Both the position numbers and the translations under genes were made by a program. This document shows positions 48,895 through 64,000 of a stretch of DNA of 64,000 nt, in pieces. The first letter of the stretch is position 1. Each line of letters opens with the position of its first letter. The DNA comes from the human T2T-CHM13v2.0 reference genome, Homo sapiens, in NCBI RefSeq assembly GCF_009914755.1, contig NC_060931.1. One strand, written 5' to 3'. The notes under the pieces were generated by a model. The model ran no database searches, was not told the DNA's origin, and saw only the letters and a program-made list of their open reading frames with translations.

Positions 48895-49172
48895 GCCTGG
48901 GTGCAGTGGCTCACGCCTGTAATCCCAGCACTTTGGGAGGCCAAGGTGGGCAGATCACCTGAGGTCAGGAGTTTGAGACCAGCCTGGCCAACATGGCGAA
49001 AGCCCGTCTCTACTAAAAACAGAAAAATTAGCTGGGCGTGGTGGCACACATCTGTAATCCCAGCCACTCAAGAGGGTGAGGCAGGAGAATTGCTTGAACC
49101 TGGGAGGCAGAAGTTGCTGTCAGCCAAGATCATGCCACTGCACTCCATCCTGGGTGAAAGAGCAAGACTCTG
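48895..49172 (+). mobile_element. AluS with (GAAA)n/(GGAA)n tail extending to ~49365
   Basis: Dimeric Alu. Confidence 0.93.
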
Positions 49173-49244
49173 AGAAAGGAAGAAAGGAAGAAAGAAAGAA
49201 AGGAAGGGAGGGAGGGAGGGAGAAAGAGAGAGAGAGAGAGAGAC

Positions 49245-49323
<79 letters not shown>

Positions 49324-49428
49324 AAAAGAGAAAGAAAGAAAGAAGGAAAGGAAGGAAGGAAGGAGTGGAGTGAAATATTTAAAGTGTTGATACAACTATA
49401 ATTTGTCCATTTACAATTTTAAAAACAT

Positions 49429-49723
49429 GGATGGGTGCGGTGGCTCACGGCTGTAATCCCAACACTTTGGGGGGCCAAGGTGGGTGGATCACCTGAGGTC
49501 AGGAGTTCGAGACCACCCTGACCAAGATGGTGAAACCCTGTCTCTACTGAAAATACAAAAATTAGCCGGGCATGGTGGTGGACACCTGTAGTCCCAGCTA
49601 CTCAAGAGGCTGAGACAGGAAAATCACTTGAACCCGGGAGGTGGAGGTTGTAGTGAGCCAAGATCGTGCCACTGTACTCCAGCCTGGGCAACAGAGCGAG
49701 ACTCCATCTCAAAAAAAAAAAAA
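49429..49723 (+). mobile_element. AluS followed by (TA)n
   Basis: Dimeric Alu. Confidence 0.93.
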
Positions 49724-51086
49724 GTATATATATATATATATATATAAAAAAAATGCGAAAGCACAAAACTAATAATCTAAAATTCTGTATCCAATACATT
49801 ATCCTTCAAAAATGGAAAGAGAAATAAATACTTTCTCAGCTAAACAATAAAAGAATTTGATGTCTGTAGATCCATCGTATATGAAACATTTTTTTAAAGT
49901 TTTCAGAGACAAGGGAAATTATTTAGGACAGAAACGCAGGTTCACATCAAGAATGAAAAAGCCATCAGAGAATAAATGAAAGATAAAATGTTTTAGTTTT
50001 CATACTCATTGATCTAATAATTATTGTTCAAAATAATAATAGCAATTTGATAATAATTTGATTATAGTGTATGGATAAGTGAAATGAGTGCCAGCAATGT
50101 TTTAAGGGAAGGAAGAAAGGAACTAGGAATACTTTGTTATAATGCATCTGCACTACCTGTGAAGTGGCATAGTATTAACAGTGGACTTAGATTAGTTGTA
50201 AATGTACAGTGTAAATTCTAGGGCAACCAGTGGAAAAAATGTAAAAGTGTAATATTATGCTAAGAGAGGACAGAAAATGGAATCATATAAAATATTCCAT
50301 TAAAACCAAGCAGGTAGTAAAAGAGGGAAGACAAAGAAAAAGACAAAGTGCAACAAGTATAAAACAGTTATAAATATGGTAGATATTAATCCAACTATTT
50401 CAATAATCACTTTAAATGTGAATGGTCTAAATATACCAATGAAAAGACAGACAGAGTGGATCAAAAAACAAGATCCAATTTTATGTTGTGTGCAACAAAC
50501 TCACTTTAAAAATAAAGACATAGATTAAGAGTAAAAAGAGAAAGATATACCATGCTAACACTATCCAAAAGAAAAGTAGAGTAACTATATTAATTTCAGA
50601 TAAAAGACTTCAGAATAAGAAAATTTCTCAAGAATAAAGAGGAGTATTACCTAACAATGGAAGACTCAATTCTTTAAGAAGACATAATAATCCTCAATGT
50701 GTATGCACCAAACAACAGAGTCAATATCCTTGAAGCAAAATCTGATAGCACTGCAAGGAGAAATAGACAAATCCACCTCTATTATAATTGGAGACTTCAA
50801 AACCCCCTTATCAGTAACTGACAAATCCAGCAGGCAGAAAATTAGTAAAGATATACCTGAAGTGAACAGCACCACCAATCAACTGGATCTAATTGACATG
50901 TATGAAATACGTCATCCAACAACAACAGAAAACACATTTTCTCAAGGTCACGTGGAACATTCACAAATATAGACCACATTCTGGGCTATAAAACAGATCT
51001 CAACAAACTTAAAAGGATAGAAAACATACAGAGTATGCTGTGAGACCACAATGGAATTAAGCTAGAAATTAATCATGGAAAGATAA

Positions 51087-51211
51087 AGCTAGGTATGGTG
51101 ATATGCACCTGTAGTACCAGCTAGTCTAGAGGCTGAGGTGGGAGTATTGCTCAAGCCCAAGGATTCAAGCCCAGCCTGGGCAATATAGCAAGACTCCATC
51201 TCTTAAAAAAA
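51087..51211 (+). mobile_element. FLAM_A/FAM monomer
   Basis: Short monomer. Confidence 0.8.
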
Positions 51212-51585
51212 TAACAGAAAGGTAGCTGAAAAATCCTGAAATATTTGGATATTAAGGCACACACTTCTAAATAACAAATGAGTCAAAGAAAGTCTTAGGA
51301 GAAATTTTGAAGTATTTTGAATTAAATGAAAATGAAACAGCATTAAATGTCCTCCCATCCTGAGAAAGTTAGGACAGTACTCTGCCCCTACCCTTGAAGA
51401 AGACTGAAAATTAACCCTCTGAAGATACTGCTTTGCACTCTGAACTCAGACACCAGGCAGAGTTGAGGATGCTAGCTGAATAAGGGGAACTAAGTAATAT
51501 TCCACATACCACACATTTGGTACCATCTCCCAGCCTCCTTCTCCTACTTGTCTTTCAGAATAATAGTAACCAGGAATATACCCCT

Positions 51586-52036
51586 TCAGTAGACAGAATA
51601 ATGGCCCCACAAGGATGTCCACGTCCTAATCCACAGGACCTGTGAACGTGTTATGTTACATGGTAAGGTGAAATTAAGGTTGCTAATAAACCCTGGATGA
51701 TCTGAATGCATCCAATGTGATCACAAAGGTCCTAATAAGTGACAGAAGGAGGGAGGGAGTATCAGGATATGAGAAAGACCCCACGGGCCACTGCTGTCTT
51801 TGAAGATGGAAGGGGACCACAGCCAAGAAATGTGGAGCAACCTTTAGCTGGAAAAGGCAAGAAAACAGATGCTCCCTAGAGCCTCCAGGGAAGAACACAG
51901 TCCTGCAACCCCTTGATTTTAGCCCAGTGAGACTTGTGTCCAACCTCTGACCTCCAGGACTGTAGGACAATACATTTCTACCATGTTAAGTGATACACTT
52001 ATGGTCATTTGTTACAGTAGCAACAGAGAACTTACA
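51586..52036 (+). mobile_element. MLT1C/D-like MaLR solo LTR
   Basis: agaataatggcccc...gatgtccacgtcctaatc...ctctgacctccaggactgta...tttgttacagtagcaacag. Confidence 0.85.
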
Positions 52037-52361
52037 AAGCCCCCAATCCAGAAAGTGTAGGCTTCCTCACTTTCAACACTGACCAGTCCACAGGAAATTC
52101 ATACAGACCAATATTGGCACCCGGAGTCTCCTGAAAAATAGCCGATGGCCCTCCCTGATCATCCTATAGTGAAATCTCCTTTTTAAAAACTACACTCATC
52201 CACACAGTGTCTAAATCTGAAATATAAATGAACACCTAAGGATGAGTCAACACTTGGAAAAAGCTTTTGACATCAAAGAGATCCCAACAAACACAAAGAG
52301 AGAAGGAATTGGATGGAAAAAGAGACAATGCCGGTGAAAAATGACTTTAAAAACATAATTG

Positions 52362-52540
52362 AGGGTAGCTGTAGTGGCTTACGCCTGTTATCCCAACTAA
52401 TCAGCAAGGTGAGATGGGAGGATGGCCTGAGGCTGAGAGTTTGAAGCTACAGTGAGTTATGATCATGTCACTGGACTCCAACCTGGACAACCGAGTAAGG
52501 CTCATCTCTAAAACAATAAAAATTAAATAAGAAATTAAAA
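52362..52540 (+). mobile_element. FRAM/FAM monomer
   Basis: Diverged monomer. Confidence 0.75.
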
Positions 52541-52679
52541 CCGTAATTGATATCCTCAAAGAGAAAAGAGAAGATATTGAATCTATGAAATGGGATGCTG
52601 AGGTAACCCCAAGGATGAGATTATCAAATCAAACTCATAAGAATCAGAGATCTTAGCCAGTATCAAAATTTACTAATTA

Positions 52680-52985
52680 GGCCAGGTGCAGTGGCTCATG
52701 CCTGTAATCCCAGGACTTTAGGAGGCCCAGGCAGGAGGATCACTTGAGCCCAGGAGTTCAAGACCAGTCTGGGCAATATAGTGAAATTTCATCTCTACAA
52801 AAAATAAAAATAAATTGGCCAGGTGTGGTGGCATGTGCCTATGGTCCCAGCTACTCAGAAGGCTGAGATGGGAGGGTCACTTGAGCCAGGGAGGTCGAGG
52901 CTGTAATGGGCCATGTTTGTGCCATACACTCAAGCCTGGGCAACAGATCTAGACTCTGTCTCAAAACAAATAAACCAACAGAAAA
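52680..52985 (+). mobile_element. AluJ
   Basis: Dimeric; TSD ctaatta. Confidence 0.92.
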
Positions 52986-54199
52986 CCTAATTATTCAAAG
53001 GATACAGGTGATCATGACATGTAGGCAAAACCTGGAAAAGTCTGAAATGACCACTGCGGATCCCCAGTCCTTCCTTGCCACTTTATAACATTCTGTAGTC
53101 CAGAGTTAACATGTAAGGTTCTAAGTAGCATATATAAGACATCCATTACACAAATAGAGTTATTTTATTGACAAAAATCTTCTTTTTTTACTCTGACAAT
53201 TACATAGCAGACACTGACATTTTCGAGTGGGCCATGCCTCCATGTATGCATGGATTCCAGAATTGCACAGCAAGAGCAACCTAGCCAGACCCGGTACATC
53301 CTGGTAAAATCATTCCAGAAATGAGACCTCTTTCTGCTTGTAGATGCTATCCCATTAGCTAGTTTGCAAGATTTGACTTGGTCCTTTCTATTTTTTTTTT
53401 TTTTTCCTGGCATTTCCAAGTCAAGTCGAGTAAGTTACAAACCAGCTGCTAATCCTTTTCTTCCCAGAAGGTATAAAAAGAAACATTCAGAAAGCTCTTA
53501 GAAATTAAAAATATGGAAGTGGAAGTAAATACTTCAATAGAAAGGTTGAAACATAATGCCATGGAAATCTCCCATACTGTAGAGCAAAAGGCAAAGATAT
53601 GAACACAGAACAAATAACAAATATTAAAAGATCAATTTAGGATTTAAGCCAAGTAATAGGAATTCCAGAGAAAGGAAACTAAGTTTTAACATGAGAAAGT
53701 GATGCTAGACATAACAGCAACAATTGTTTCCAACTAAGGAAAGCCAATTTCCAGATCAAAAGGAGTCCCCTAGAAACAAGACTACAAATGAGAGGGAAAC
53801 TACACCAAGGCTCATTGCAATGACGTTTCAGAATACCAGAGACAAAAAGAAGACCCTTAGAACTTGCAGAGAAGGGTAAAAAAAACACATCGAGTACAAA
53901 GAATCAGGAATCAGGCTGGCATCAGATTTCAGTGGGAACACTGAAATCTAGAAACCGATGAAGCAATGACTTCAGAATTCATAGCAGAAATCATTTGCAG
54001 CCTACTGACAAAAAAAAATATTAATCCAATGTGAGGACAGAATACAAACTTTTTTCTTTACACGCCAAATCTCTATAAGCACTGGAACACAGTCTCTACC
54101 CAAACAAGGGAGAATACTAAGGAAAATAAGACATAGGATTTAATAAATAGAGAGTCTAGCACAGAGGAGAGACAATGGAAATTCTGAAAATGGCGGTTA

Positions 54200-54482
54200 G
54201 GAGACCTTTCTCCGTCACCGAGGCTGGAGTCTGGAATGCAATGGTGTGATCATAGCTCACTGCAGCCTCAAACTCCCGGGATCAAGCAATCTTCCCACCT
54301 CAGCCTCCTGAGTAGCTAGGATTACAGGCACACACCACAAAGCTAAATTTTATATTTTTTTTGTAGAGACATGGACTCACTATGTTGTTCAGACTGTACT
54401 TGAACTCCTGGCCTCAAGCGATCCTCCCACCTTGGACTCCCAAAGCACTAGGATTACAGGTATGAGACACTGTACCTGGGCA
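54200..54482 (-). mobile_element. AluJ
   Basis: Dimeric, tail lost. Confidence 0.88.
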
Positions 54483-54837
54483 GACTCTTTAAAACAACAA
54501 CTATAAAACAAGACTAGAAGAGAATTCACCCAGAATGGAGAGGGAGGAAGGAGGACATGAAATCCAGAACAAATATCAGCAGTGTCTCAAACTGGATGGA
54601 GGGATGGATGGATGGATGGATGGGTATGGAGAGAGAGAGAGAGAGAGAAGAGTAATTGCCATTTATCAACTTTTATTTTAACAGATTCTTCATTTGCATA
54701 CGAATGCATTATGTATGAATTACAATAGGCAGTACATTCATATAGTTTTTAGAAACATAAAATATCTGTTTTCATCCATGTCTCCGTCCATCCTGACCAC
54801 CATCTTCCACACACACATCATTATTTACTATTTTCTT

Positions 54838-55140
54838 TGTTGTCTGTTTGTTTGTTTTTTGAGACGGAGTCTCGCTCTGTCACCCAGACTGGAGTGCAGT
54901 GGCGCAATCTCGGCTCACTGCAAGCTCCGCCTCCCGGGTTTACGCCATTCTCCGGCCTCAGCCACCTAAGTAGCTGGGACTACAGGCGCCAGCACCACGC
55001 CTGGCTAATTTTTTGTATTTTTAGTGGAGACAGGGTTTCACTGTGTTAGCCAGGATGGTCTCGATCTCCTGACCTCATGATCCACCCACCTCGGCCTCCC
55101 AAAGTGCTGGGATTACAGGCGTGAGCCACCGCGCCCGGCC
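54838..55140 (-). mobile_element. AluY
   Basis: caagctccgcc...cgccattctcc...ttagccaggatggtctcgatc; TSD tactattttcttt. Confidence 0.95.
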
Positions 55141-55199
55141 TACTATTTTCTTTTTAATGTTCCTTAATGTGACAAATAATTTGATATACTCCTGACGTT

Positions 55200-55570
55200 A
55201 TATATGTATATCTCAAGGATAAATGCTCATCAGTAGGAGTTTCAGGTCACAGAATAAATGCATTTGTAATTTGGGGGATATTGCCAAATTGCCCTACATA
55301 GAGATTCTTTATAACACGTGCAATCACAACAGCAGTGTATGAAAGAGCCTGTTTCTCTGCAGCTTTGCCAAGAATGCATTGTAAAACTTTCAGATTATGC
55401 TAATCTGAGAAGTGAAAAATGGTATATTCAGTTTAATTTGCATTCATCTAATTATGAATTGGATTTAACGTCTTTTCATAAATGTTTTAACATTTGTATT
55501 TCTTTTTTGTGAAATGTCTTTTCATGTCCTCCACTCTTATTCTATCAGGTCACTTTTTCTCACCAATTTC
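55200..55570 (-). mobile_element. L1ME 3' relic followed by (TG)n
   Basis: attgccaaattgccct...cagcagtgtatga...tttaatttgcatt. Confidence 0.7.
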
Positions 55571-55574
55571 TCTC

Positions 55575-55606
<32 letters not shown>

Positions 55607-55811
55607 TGTGCGTGTATGTGTGTGTGCGCGAATGTATTGAGAAAAGATCTATACTTCTGACAATGAGTTTGGAAACTAAATAATAGTATTGAGACTAGAG
55701 AAAGAAGACAAAGGTATTATGGTAAAAAGAGCCAAAGCGTCTTTTTCCACAATAGGGGGATGACAATAAATAATAGCTAAAACTGAAGTCAAGAAATAGC
55801 ATTAGACAAAC

Positions 55812-56095
55812 TCAGTGGCTCATGCCTGTAATCCCAGCGCTTCAGGAGACTGAGGCGGAAGGATCACTTGGGACCTGAAGTTCAAGCCTAGCTTGGGCAA
55901 CGTAGTGAGATTCCATCTCTACAAAAAATTTAAAAATTTAAAATAGCTGAGTGGTGACACATGCCTGTAGTCCCAGCTACTAGGGAGGCTGAGACAAGAA
56001 GGTCACTTGAACTTAACAGTTTAAGGCTGCAGTGAGCCATGATCATGCCACTGCACTCCAGCATAGGCAAAAGAGTGAGACCTTGTCTCAAAAAT
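55812..56095 (+). mobile_element. AluJ
   Basis: Diverged dimeric Alu. Confidence 0.9.
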
Positions 56096-56116
56096 ATGTA
56101 TTTTTTAAAAAAATTA

Positions 56117-56406
56117 GGCTGGGCATGGTGGGGGGACCTCACACCTGTAATCCCAGCACTGACGGGCGGATCACAAGGTCAGGATATCAAGACCATCCTG
56201 GCTAACACGGTGAAACCCTGTCTCTACTAAAAATACAAAAAATTAGCCAGGATGGTGGTGGGCACCTGTAGTCCCAGCTACTCAGGAGGCGGAGGCAGGA
56301 GAATGGCGTGAACCCAGGAGGCAGAGCTTGCAGTGAGCCGAGATCGCGCCACTGCACACTCCAGCCTGGGCAAGAGAGCAAGACTCCGTCTCAAAAAAAA
56401 AAAAAA
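56117..56406 (+). mobile_element. AluY with a small 5' deletion
   Basis: gaccatcctggctaacacgg...gaatggcgtgaacc. Confidence 0.92.
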
Positions 56407-56672
56407 GTAATGTTTGCATATTGTGTTTTCTTAGATACAAGATTCTCTTCCTATTTTTGCTGATAGTTACTGAGAAGGAAGATTTCCCTGCTATCAGAAA
56501 ACCTCAGAACCCTAATCTAGGTGTTTTCTTCCTGTAGTATTGCAAAATGAAAGTCAATAAAGAAATGAATCTGAGAGATCTAAGTATAAAAACAGCATGA
56601 TTCTTTCATAGTTTTGAGTCACTTCATTCAACCGATTCCATGGATTTTTTTCAACTTGCATTTCTAGTTCTC

Positions 56673-57453
<781 letters not shown>

Positions 57454-57743
57454 CCTTCCCAGCTAGTCATTTTGTTTATTCTAATATTTTTTTTATTCTC
57501 TTTCCCTCCAGACTTCACCTTGGCCTTCCTTCTGTGAAGCCAAAATAGGCTTTTCTGAGTAATACAACTGATTCAGGGAATAACTATTCTGAATATACCC
57601 CAACCCAGACCCATCTGTCCCAGGAAAATTGTATACCCTGTTATCCTAATCTACCTTCTCCAAGTAGGAAACCCCACAATATTTAGTAGTTGCCTATTAA
57701 ATTTGATATCCAGTAATCTAGGATTACAGATGGATGGAGACAT

Positions 57744-58107
<364 letters not shown>

Positions 58108-59048
58108 TCAAAGAGTACAGGGTTTGAAATCAGAAAACCTGAGTTGCAATTCCAGTGCTGATACTTAAAACAGAACCAATCTAGTTCTTCTAAATGCTAG
58201 TGCAATATTCTTTTCATCATCGTAAGGCTAAAGGCTCCACCTGTGACCCAAATTCAATTCCCATACCAAGAATGGTCCTAGATTGCACCGAATGCTGCAC
58301 CTAAATTCAAATGGAAATGCCCAAGGAGAAGGAAAAGAAGAGAATAAAGAGGAGGAAAGGAGGAGCAAAAGAAGGAGGAGAAGGAAAAGGAGAAAGATGG
58401 GAGGAAATTGCAAAATACAATTTCCAGAAATCTCTTTTAACAATTTTTAAGCAGATACACAGACAAAAAGTCCCAAAAGGAAACTGTCTCTTGGAGCTTC
58501 CCTACAGATGAATGGAAAGAAGTCACTGGCAGTTACCAGCGTGTATTTCATGCTATTTTCGTTAGTGGGTGAGTCATCCATGCCGGGTAGTGAATTTCCC
58601 AGGCTTTCAAATTTAAATAGGCGTATATAGTGCAAGGCATTCATTTTACCATAGAGTGTTTTCTCCTGTTGGTCATAAAAGGAATCCATTGTGTTATGAT
58701 TAGGTCATGCTTGACCCACCTCAGGAATGTTTTCAGAGTGACAGAACATTTCTTTCTCAGAGATGTCTCCAAGGTTCAAGGAAGTCTGATCGGCATACTT
58801 ACAAAGGCCTTGTGATCCTAATAGGGTCTAAGACAAGTCCTCCCCTTCTTTTGTGGGCGGGCTGTTATTGTTAATCCAGCTGCACTGGGTAATGACGCCC
58901 ACCTTTTCATTCTAAACATAGAATAAGAGAGTAATTAACAGAGCCTAATCACACCAAAAGAAAATCCTGCTTTTTAAAAAAATCTTGCTTCAGAATAATT
59001 TAATTGTGCTTCACATGTTTTGAACAACAATTTTAGACAAGAATTTAA

Positions 59049-59584
<536 letters not shown>

Positions 59585-59918
59585 TGAGGTGTATATGGCA
59601 TAGGTTAATTCAGCCTACTCTTTCTATTTGGTTAGCGTAAGAACACATCCTGTGCTGAGCACCAGGAGGCTAACACCACAAATCTTTGAGGCTGAAACTT
59701 ACAAGATTTCAGCTTCTGAAACAACCAATCCAGGCCCAAACTGACACTGAGCTAAGGATTCAGTGCCTACCAGTTACAGTTTGAATTTGTCACTCATATT
59801 TGACAGGTAATTATTTCTCCTCAGAAATAATAATTTTTTTACTTAAAAGGACCTCAGGTGAGAGACTGGGGATAAGAGAAAAGGGCAATTAGGTTATTGC
59901 TTAGCAGTTGTTACTGAA

Positions 59919-60793
<875 letters not shown>

Positions 60794-60913
60794 CTGAATA
60801 AGATTAACTGTGGCTTCTTTCCATTTAAGTATCAAATTACAAAAATGGAAATCTTTCTGGAAACTCATAAACCTTAACTTTAAGGAAGATTTAGTTTTAA
60901 CAATATCAATTCA

Positions 60914-61202
60914 TTTTTGTTTTTGTTTTTGTTGTTGTTTGTTTTTTTGTGACAGGGTATCACTCTGCTGCCCAGCTCACTGCAACTTCCACATCCAGAG
61001 CTCAAGCCATCCTACCACCTCAGCCTCCTGAGTAGCTGGGACTACAGGCACACACCACCATGCCCAGCTGATTTTTATATTTTTTTTGGTACAGATGAGG
61101 TTTCACCACGTTGCCCAGGCTTGAACCCCTAAGCTCAAGTGATCCGCCTGCCTGGGCCTCTTAAAGTTCTGGGATTACAAGCATGAACCACTGCACCCAG
61201 CC
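60914..61202 (-). mobile_element. AluJ
   Basis: Diverged dimeric Alu. Confidence 0.88.
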
Positions 61203-61218
61203 AATTCATATATTTTAA

Positions 61219-61504
<286 letters not shown>

Positions 61505-61922
61505 TTAACTGTTTCTTTATAAGAAATTGTTTAGACCAGAAATGTAACTAAATTACAAGGTAAATGCCCTAAAGAGAAACTTATGCATGGTCCCTTCCTT
61601 TGATGGAAATGTCTCCCCCTCAAAAGGTAGATCGCACCACATACAGCAGCTACATGTTAAAAAGAAATAAAAACATTGTCTTTTGTTTTATAATAATCAA
61701 TAAAAAGTATTTACATTGTCAATCCAAGAAAATGATGAGAAAAGTCTCCATCATTTTTGGAGATTTATTTGCCAAAGTTAAGGACGTGCCCGGGAGACAG
61801 GTCTATGTCTTTCTCCGAAGATGATTTGAGGGCTCCAAATTTAAAGAGAAAAGCACAGAATTTTCGCATCAACAAAAGAGGGCAGAGGAAAAATGTGGGA
61901 ATCTGCATTTTACATAAGATAA

Positions 61923-62616
61923 TGAAACCGCCTTTGCAAAATTATGACTGAGAGAGTGCAAGAGATCTAACTTAACCGACTCCATCTTGCTTCTAACCTC
62001 CAAGCTGTCCTCGTTCATTCCTGGTGATAGGCTGAACTAACTTTGGGAGAAACCTAGTTTACAGTTTATAGTTTAAGCAAAGATGCTAACAGCCCTTTCC
62101 CAAAGCAGACCTTCTTCTTGCTTGGGGACTAGATTGCCTTTGTAGGACTAACATTAGCCACAAGATTAGAAATTACGATTTAGGAGTCATGCAGATGGAG
62201 GCTAAAGAAGACTCTGACACTCCCTAAACTGCTCCTAAGAGCAGGGCTTGAGAGGTTTTGCAGACCCTGCACTTGATGGATCAGCTGGCACCACCCAGAT
62301 CAATAAACTGGCTCATCTGATCTTGTGGCCCCCACCCAGGAACTGACTTAGCGCAAGAAGACAGCTACGATTCCGTAGGATTTCACCCCTGACCAATCAG
62401 CACTCTTGGCTCACTGGCTTCCTCCCCACCCATCAAGTTATCCTTAAAAACTCTGCTCCCTGAATGCATGGGGACACTGATTTGAGTAATAATAAAACTC
62501 CGGTCTCCCGCACAGCTGGCTCTGCATGAATTACTCTTTCTCTATTGCAGTTCCCCTGTCTTGATGAATCGGTTCTGTCTAGGCAGTGGGCAAGGTGAAC
62601 TCCTCGGGCAGTTACA
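61923..62616 (+). mobile_element. LTR8 solo LTR
   Basis: tgaaaccgcctttgcaaaattatgactgag...gggcagttaca; 4-bp TSD ataa. Confidence 0.92.
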
Positions 62617-62706
62617 ATAATACAGACAGAATGGGGTAGGGGAACAATCAGATAGGCATTTGTGTCTGGCAGGTGGGGGTGACTGCACCTATAAAGATAA
62701 GCTCTG

Positions 62707-62984
62707 GATCAGATGCAGAGGCTCACACTTGTAATCCCAGCACTTTGGGAGGATGAGGTGGGCGGATCACCTGAGGTTGGGAGTTCGAGACCAGCCTGAC
62801 CAACATGGAGAAACCCTGTCTACTAAAAACACAAAATTAGCTGGGCTTGGTGGCACATGCCTGAATCCCAGCTATCTGGGAGGCTGAGGCAGGAGAATCA
62901 CTTGAACCTGGGAGGCGGAGGTTGCAGTGAACCAAGATTCACTCCAGCCTAGGCAACAAGAGTGAAACTCCGTCTCAAAAAAAA
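62707..62984 (+). mobile_element. AluSp-like
   Basis: TSD aaagataagct. Confidence 0.93.
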
Positions 62985-63265
62985 AAAGATAAGCTATCAA
63001 TTTGCATTGCCATGGTAAAGTTTTAACAGCTCACTAGGAATTTCTTATGGACAAATCATGGGGGAGGCATGTAGACTTTCCTCTTGCAGCCATCTTATTT
63101 AAGAACCAAATGGGGCAGGCAGGTTTGCGTGACCCAGTTCCCAGCTTGACTTTTCCCTTTGGCTAAATGAGTTTGGGGGTCTCAAAATTTAATTTCCTTT
63201 CACAACATTCACCAATCAAACAAGGTTGACAAGGATTGTTGTTGGTATTGTTTTGTTGTTTGTTG

Positions 63266-63569
<304 letters not shown>

Positions 63570-63761
63570 TAAACAGTGATTACAAAATAACTCATCATAG
63601 AAAGTTAAAAGTGAAGTGAGATACCATAAATGGAAAACGCGGGATGCTGAGCATATTGTTCTATTAAGGGTCAGTGTTTTTCCCACACATGTTCAACATC
63701 TTGATTTAACTAAAAAGAAAAGGGGGAGTGGGTAGGAGGTGCCATGACTTTCCCAGTTTCC

Positions 63762-63827
63762 AGGCCAACATGGTGAAACACCGTCTCTACTAAAAATACA
63801 AAAATTAGCCAGGCATGGTGGCGAGCA
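63762..63827 (+). mobile_element. Internal Alu fragment with neither head nor tail
   Basis: ggccaacatggtgaaacaccgtctctactaaaaatacaaaaattagccaggcatggtggcg between two ccagtttcc repeats. Confidence 0.88.
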
Positions 63828-63924
63828 CCAGTTTCCTTAGGTATATTAAAAGAATGCAGCGTGCCACAAGGAAAGACTACAGAGAATTAGTCTGGGGGAG
63901 TCAGAATGTAATAGGAATGTAATT

Positions 63925-64000
63925 GCTGGGCACAGTGGCTCATGCCTGTAATCCCAGCACTTTGGGAGGCCAAGGCCAGCAGATCACAAGGTCAGGAGTT
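63925..64000 (+). mobile_element. Alu 5' end, runs off the window
   Basis: gctgggcacagtggctcatgcctgtaatcccagcac. Confidence 0.92.

Larger units (their letters stand above)
52040..54190 (+). mobile_element. Ancient L1ME 5'/ORF1 relics, interrupted
   Basis: agaagatattgaatctatgaaa; gaaattaaaaatatg; atcaggaatcaggctggcatcagatttc. Confidence 0.6.
61717..63204 (-). mobile_element. MER4A-like solo LTR split by LTR8 and an Alu
   Basis: Minus strand starts tgtgaaaggaaattaaattttgagacccccaaactc; 4-bp TSD acat. Confidence 0.87.

Noticed and set aside
50697-50972. L1 endonuclease ORFs (also 9083-9385) as active or domesticated genes
   Set aside because: Short, stop-bounded relics of old L1s interrupted by many insertions.

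Overview
Human-type genomic DNA: an AluYa5 with all five diagnostic bases points to human. The window is almost entirely transposable-element derived, and I find no supportable protein-coding gene; nearly all listed ORFs are Alu, L1, LTR or low-complexity artefacts. It holds about 60 Alu copies or monomers, two long old L1 relics (minus strand ~3.2-13 kb, plus strand ~45-51 kb), a two-LTR MST MaLR provirus, and many solo LTRs (LTR12C, two MER21, MER61-like, LTR8, LTR8B-like, LTR10-like, LTR47-like, MER4A, two MLT1). DNA transposons are MER1A, MER20 and a Tigger-like element. There are two small-RNA retrocopies (Y3 RNA and U13/SNORD13). The most notable non-routine observations are: (1) a repeat-free ~33.2-33.35 kb segment with a consensus RFX X-box, a perfect 20-bp palindrome, CCAAT and YY1-like motifs, plus splice signals that could join an Arg-rich exon; (2) p53 response elements in the MER61-like and LTR10-like LTRs; (3) a local direct duplication with a 26-bp palindrome at its junction and a local inverted duplication whose arms gained Alus independently; (4) a very young 5'-truncated AluYa5 with a 55-A tail; (5) a Y3/U13/Alu insertion hotspot; and (6) a poly(A)-only insertion and a head-less, tail-less Alu fragment. 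No new biological system can be established from the sequence alone. Repeat subfamily names come from recalled consensus sequences, and boundaries without a stated TSD are approximate.
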